A DNA stretch of 63,789 bases, counting the filler, from Octopus bimaculoides (lineage: Eukaryota), in assembly GCF_001194135.2 (NCBI RefSeq). It is 7 parts of 7 records of this genome, joined end to end, with 100 filler letters (N's around TTAATTAATTAA, not from the genome) between each part and the next. Parts side by side here need not be neighbours in the genome. Positions count along the whole stretch, not along the records: positions 62,395 to 63,789 come from NW_026407308.1; 6 more parts are not named here. One strand, written 5' to 3'. Made by a program: the position numbers and the translations under genes. The stretch's first letter is position 1; the number at the start of each line of letters is the position of its first letter. Below are positions 62,941 through 63,789 of this stretch, one piece after another. The notes under the pieces were generated by a model. That model ran no database searches, was not told the DNA's origin, and was given only the letters and a program-made list of their open reading frames with translations.

Positions 62941-63199
62941 GTTGCATATAAAATTTTAGGTATCTGTGTTAGAAAATTTCTTTCACTTTGTATGTTGTCC
63001 AGGTTTAAAAGTTGCCGAGAAGCTGTTTCCTGCGGGCTTGATTGTCGGTCACATCACACCGGAACCACACAGCAGACAGAAGATGGGGAACACATTGGTT
63101 GCTAACCAGACGGAGTTTTGCAGCAAGGACTTGGAAGAACTCAGCATATTCTTGGGCAAAGCATTACAAGACAAAAGTGTTGGCAGTGAGTGGACGTTC

Positions 63200-63690
63200 C
63201 AGCTGTGACCATCCCAACTTTTATTCAAGCATAGTGTATTTAGGACTACATTATCTAATGTATAGTATAGTAGTTAATATTAAGGGCTGATCCAGAAAGG
63301 CCTGTTTTTGTTAACCTCTAGACATATGATAAGACGTTCCACCTGTGACCATCCCATCTTTTATTCAGGCATAGTATATCTAGGACTACATTATATAATG
63401 CGTAGACGCTGTTGTTTAACCCCAGGTCAGTTCTGATCCAGACAGACCTATGATTAAAGACGCTCCATCTGTGACCATCCCATCTTTTATTCAGGCATAG
63501 TGTATCTAGGACTACATTATTGAATGTATAGTACAGTAGTTAGTATAAGTGGCTATAGTTGTTGTTGTTTAACCCTAGGTCAGTCCTGATCCAGACAGAT
63601 ATTTACAGCTAGAACATCTTTCTTCGTAGTCCTAGATACACATAATGTATCTAAGACTACATTACCTAATGTACAGTATAGTAATCTCGT
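63200..63690 (+). repeat. Tandem array of 3-4 diverged units of about 130 bp (CTGTGACCATCCCA.CTTTTATTCA.GCATAGT.TAT.TAGGACTACATTAT...)
   Basis: Unit starts at about 63202, 63342 and 63468, with a partial unit near 63615-63680. Confidence 0.88.
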
Positions 63691-63789
63691 ACAAGGGTGT
63701 CAAATTTATCTTTTACTTCAGCAATGGCAGGTTACACACGCACACACACACATACACTCACACACACACACATGCATATATATATATAT

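Overview
AT-rich, microsatellite- and SINE-saturated animal genomic DNA, almost certainly an octopod cephalopod (inferred from the S-crystallin exons and the repeat content); no prokaryotic features. The only host gene I can support is the 3' half of an S-crystallin (sigma-class GST-derived lens protein) on the minus strand, which the ORF track does not call. It has four exons: 13741-13711 (31 nt), 12343-12314 (30 nt), 10987-10880 (108 nt) and 9118-8954 (165 nt, with stop). They splice in frame to ...(x)FCDSSCMIQE|FQRSSDSNIS|[36 protein letters not shown]|[54 protein letters not shown]. The variable central loop is encoded at least partly by two microexons, which is the most interesting signal here. 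I could not find the 5' exons. The sequence is interrupted at 15085-15184 by the first of six artificial 100-bp scaffold spacers (44N-TTAATTAATTAA-44N), so DNA beyond it may not be truly adjacent. The rest is decayed mobile DNA: a CR1-group LINE RT, two Tc1/mariner remnants, a mariner derivative built from two inverted 5' ends, a near-complete degenerate Ty3/gypsy LTR element (50.1-54.2 kb), an R4/Dong endonuclease fragment, Penelope-like fragments (one with hammerhead-core words) and dozens of SINE copies from about four families. There are also a 245-bp palindrome, a short interstitial (TTAGGG)n tract and several small tandem duplications. Nearly all other ORF-track calls are artefacts of N-runs or microsatellites. 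All protein-family assignments are from my recall of motifs; no search was run.
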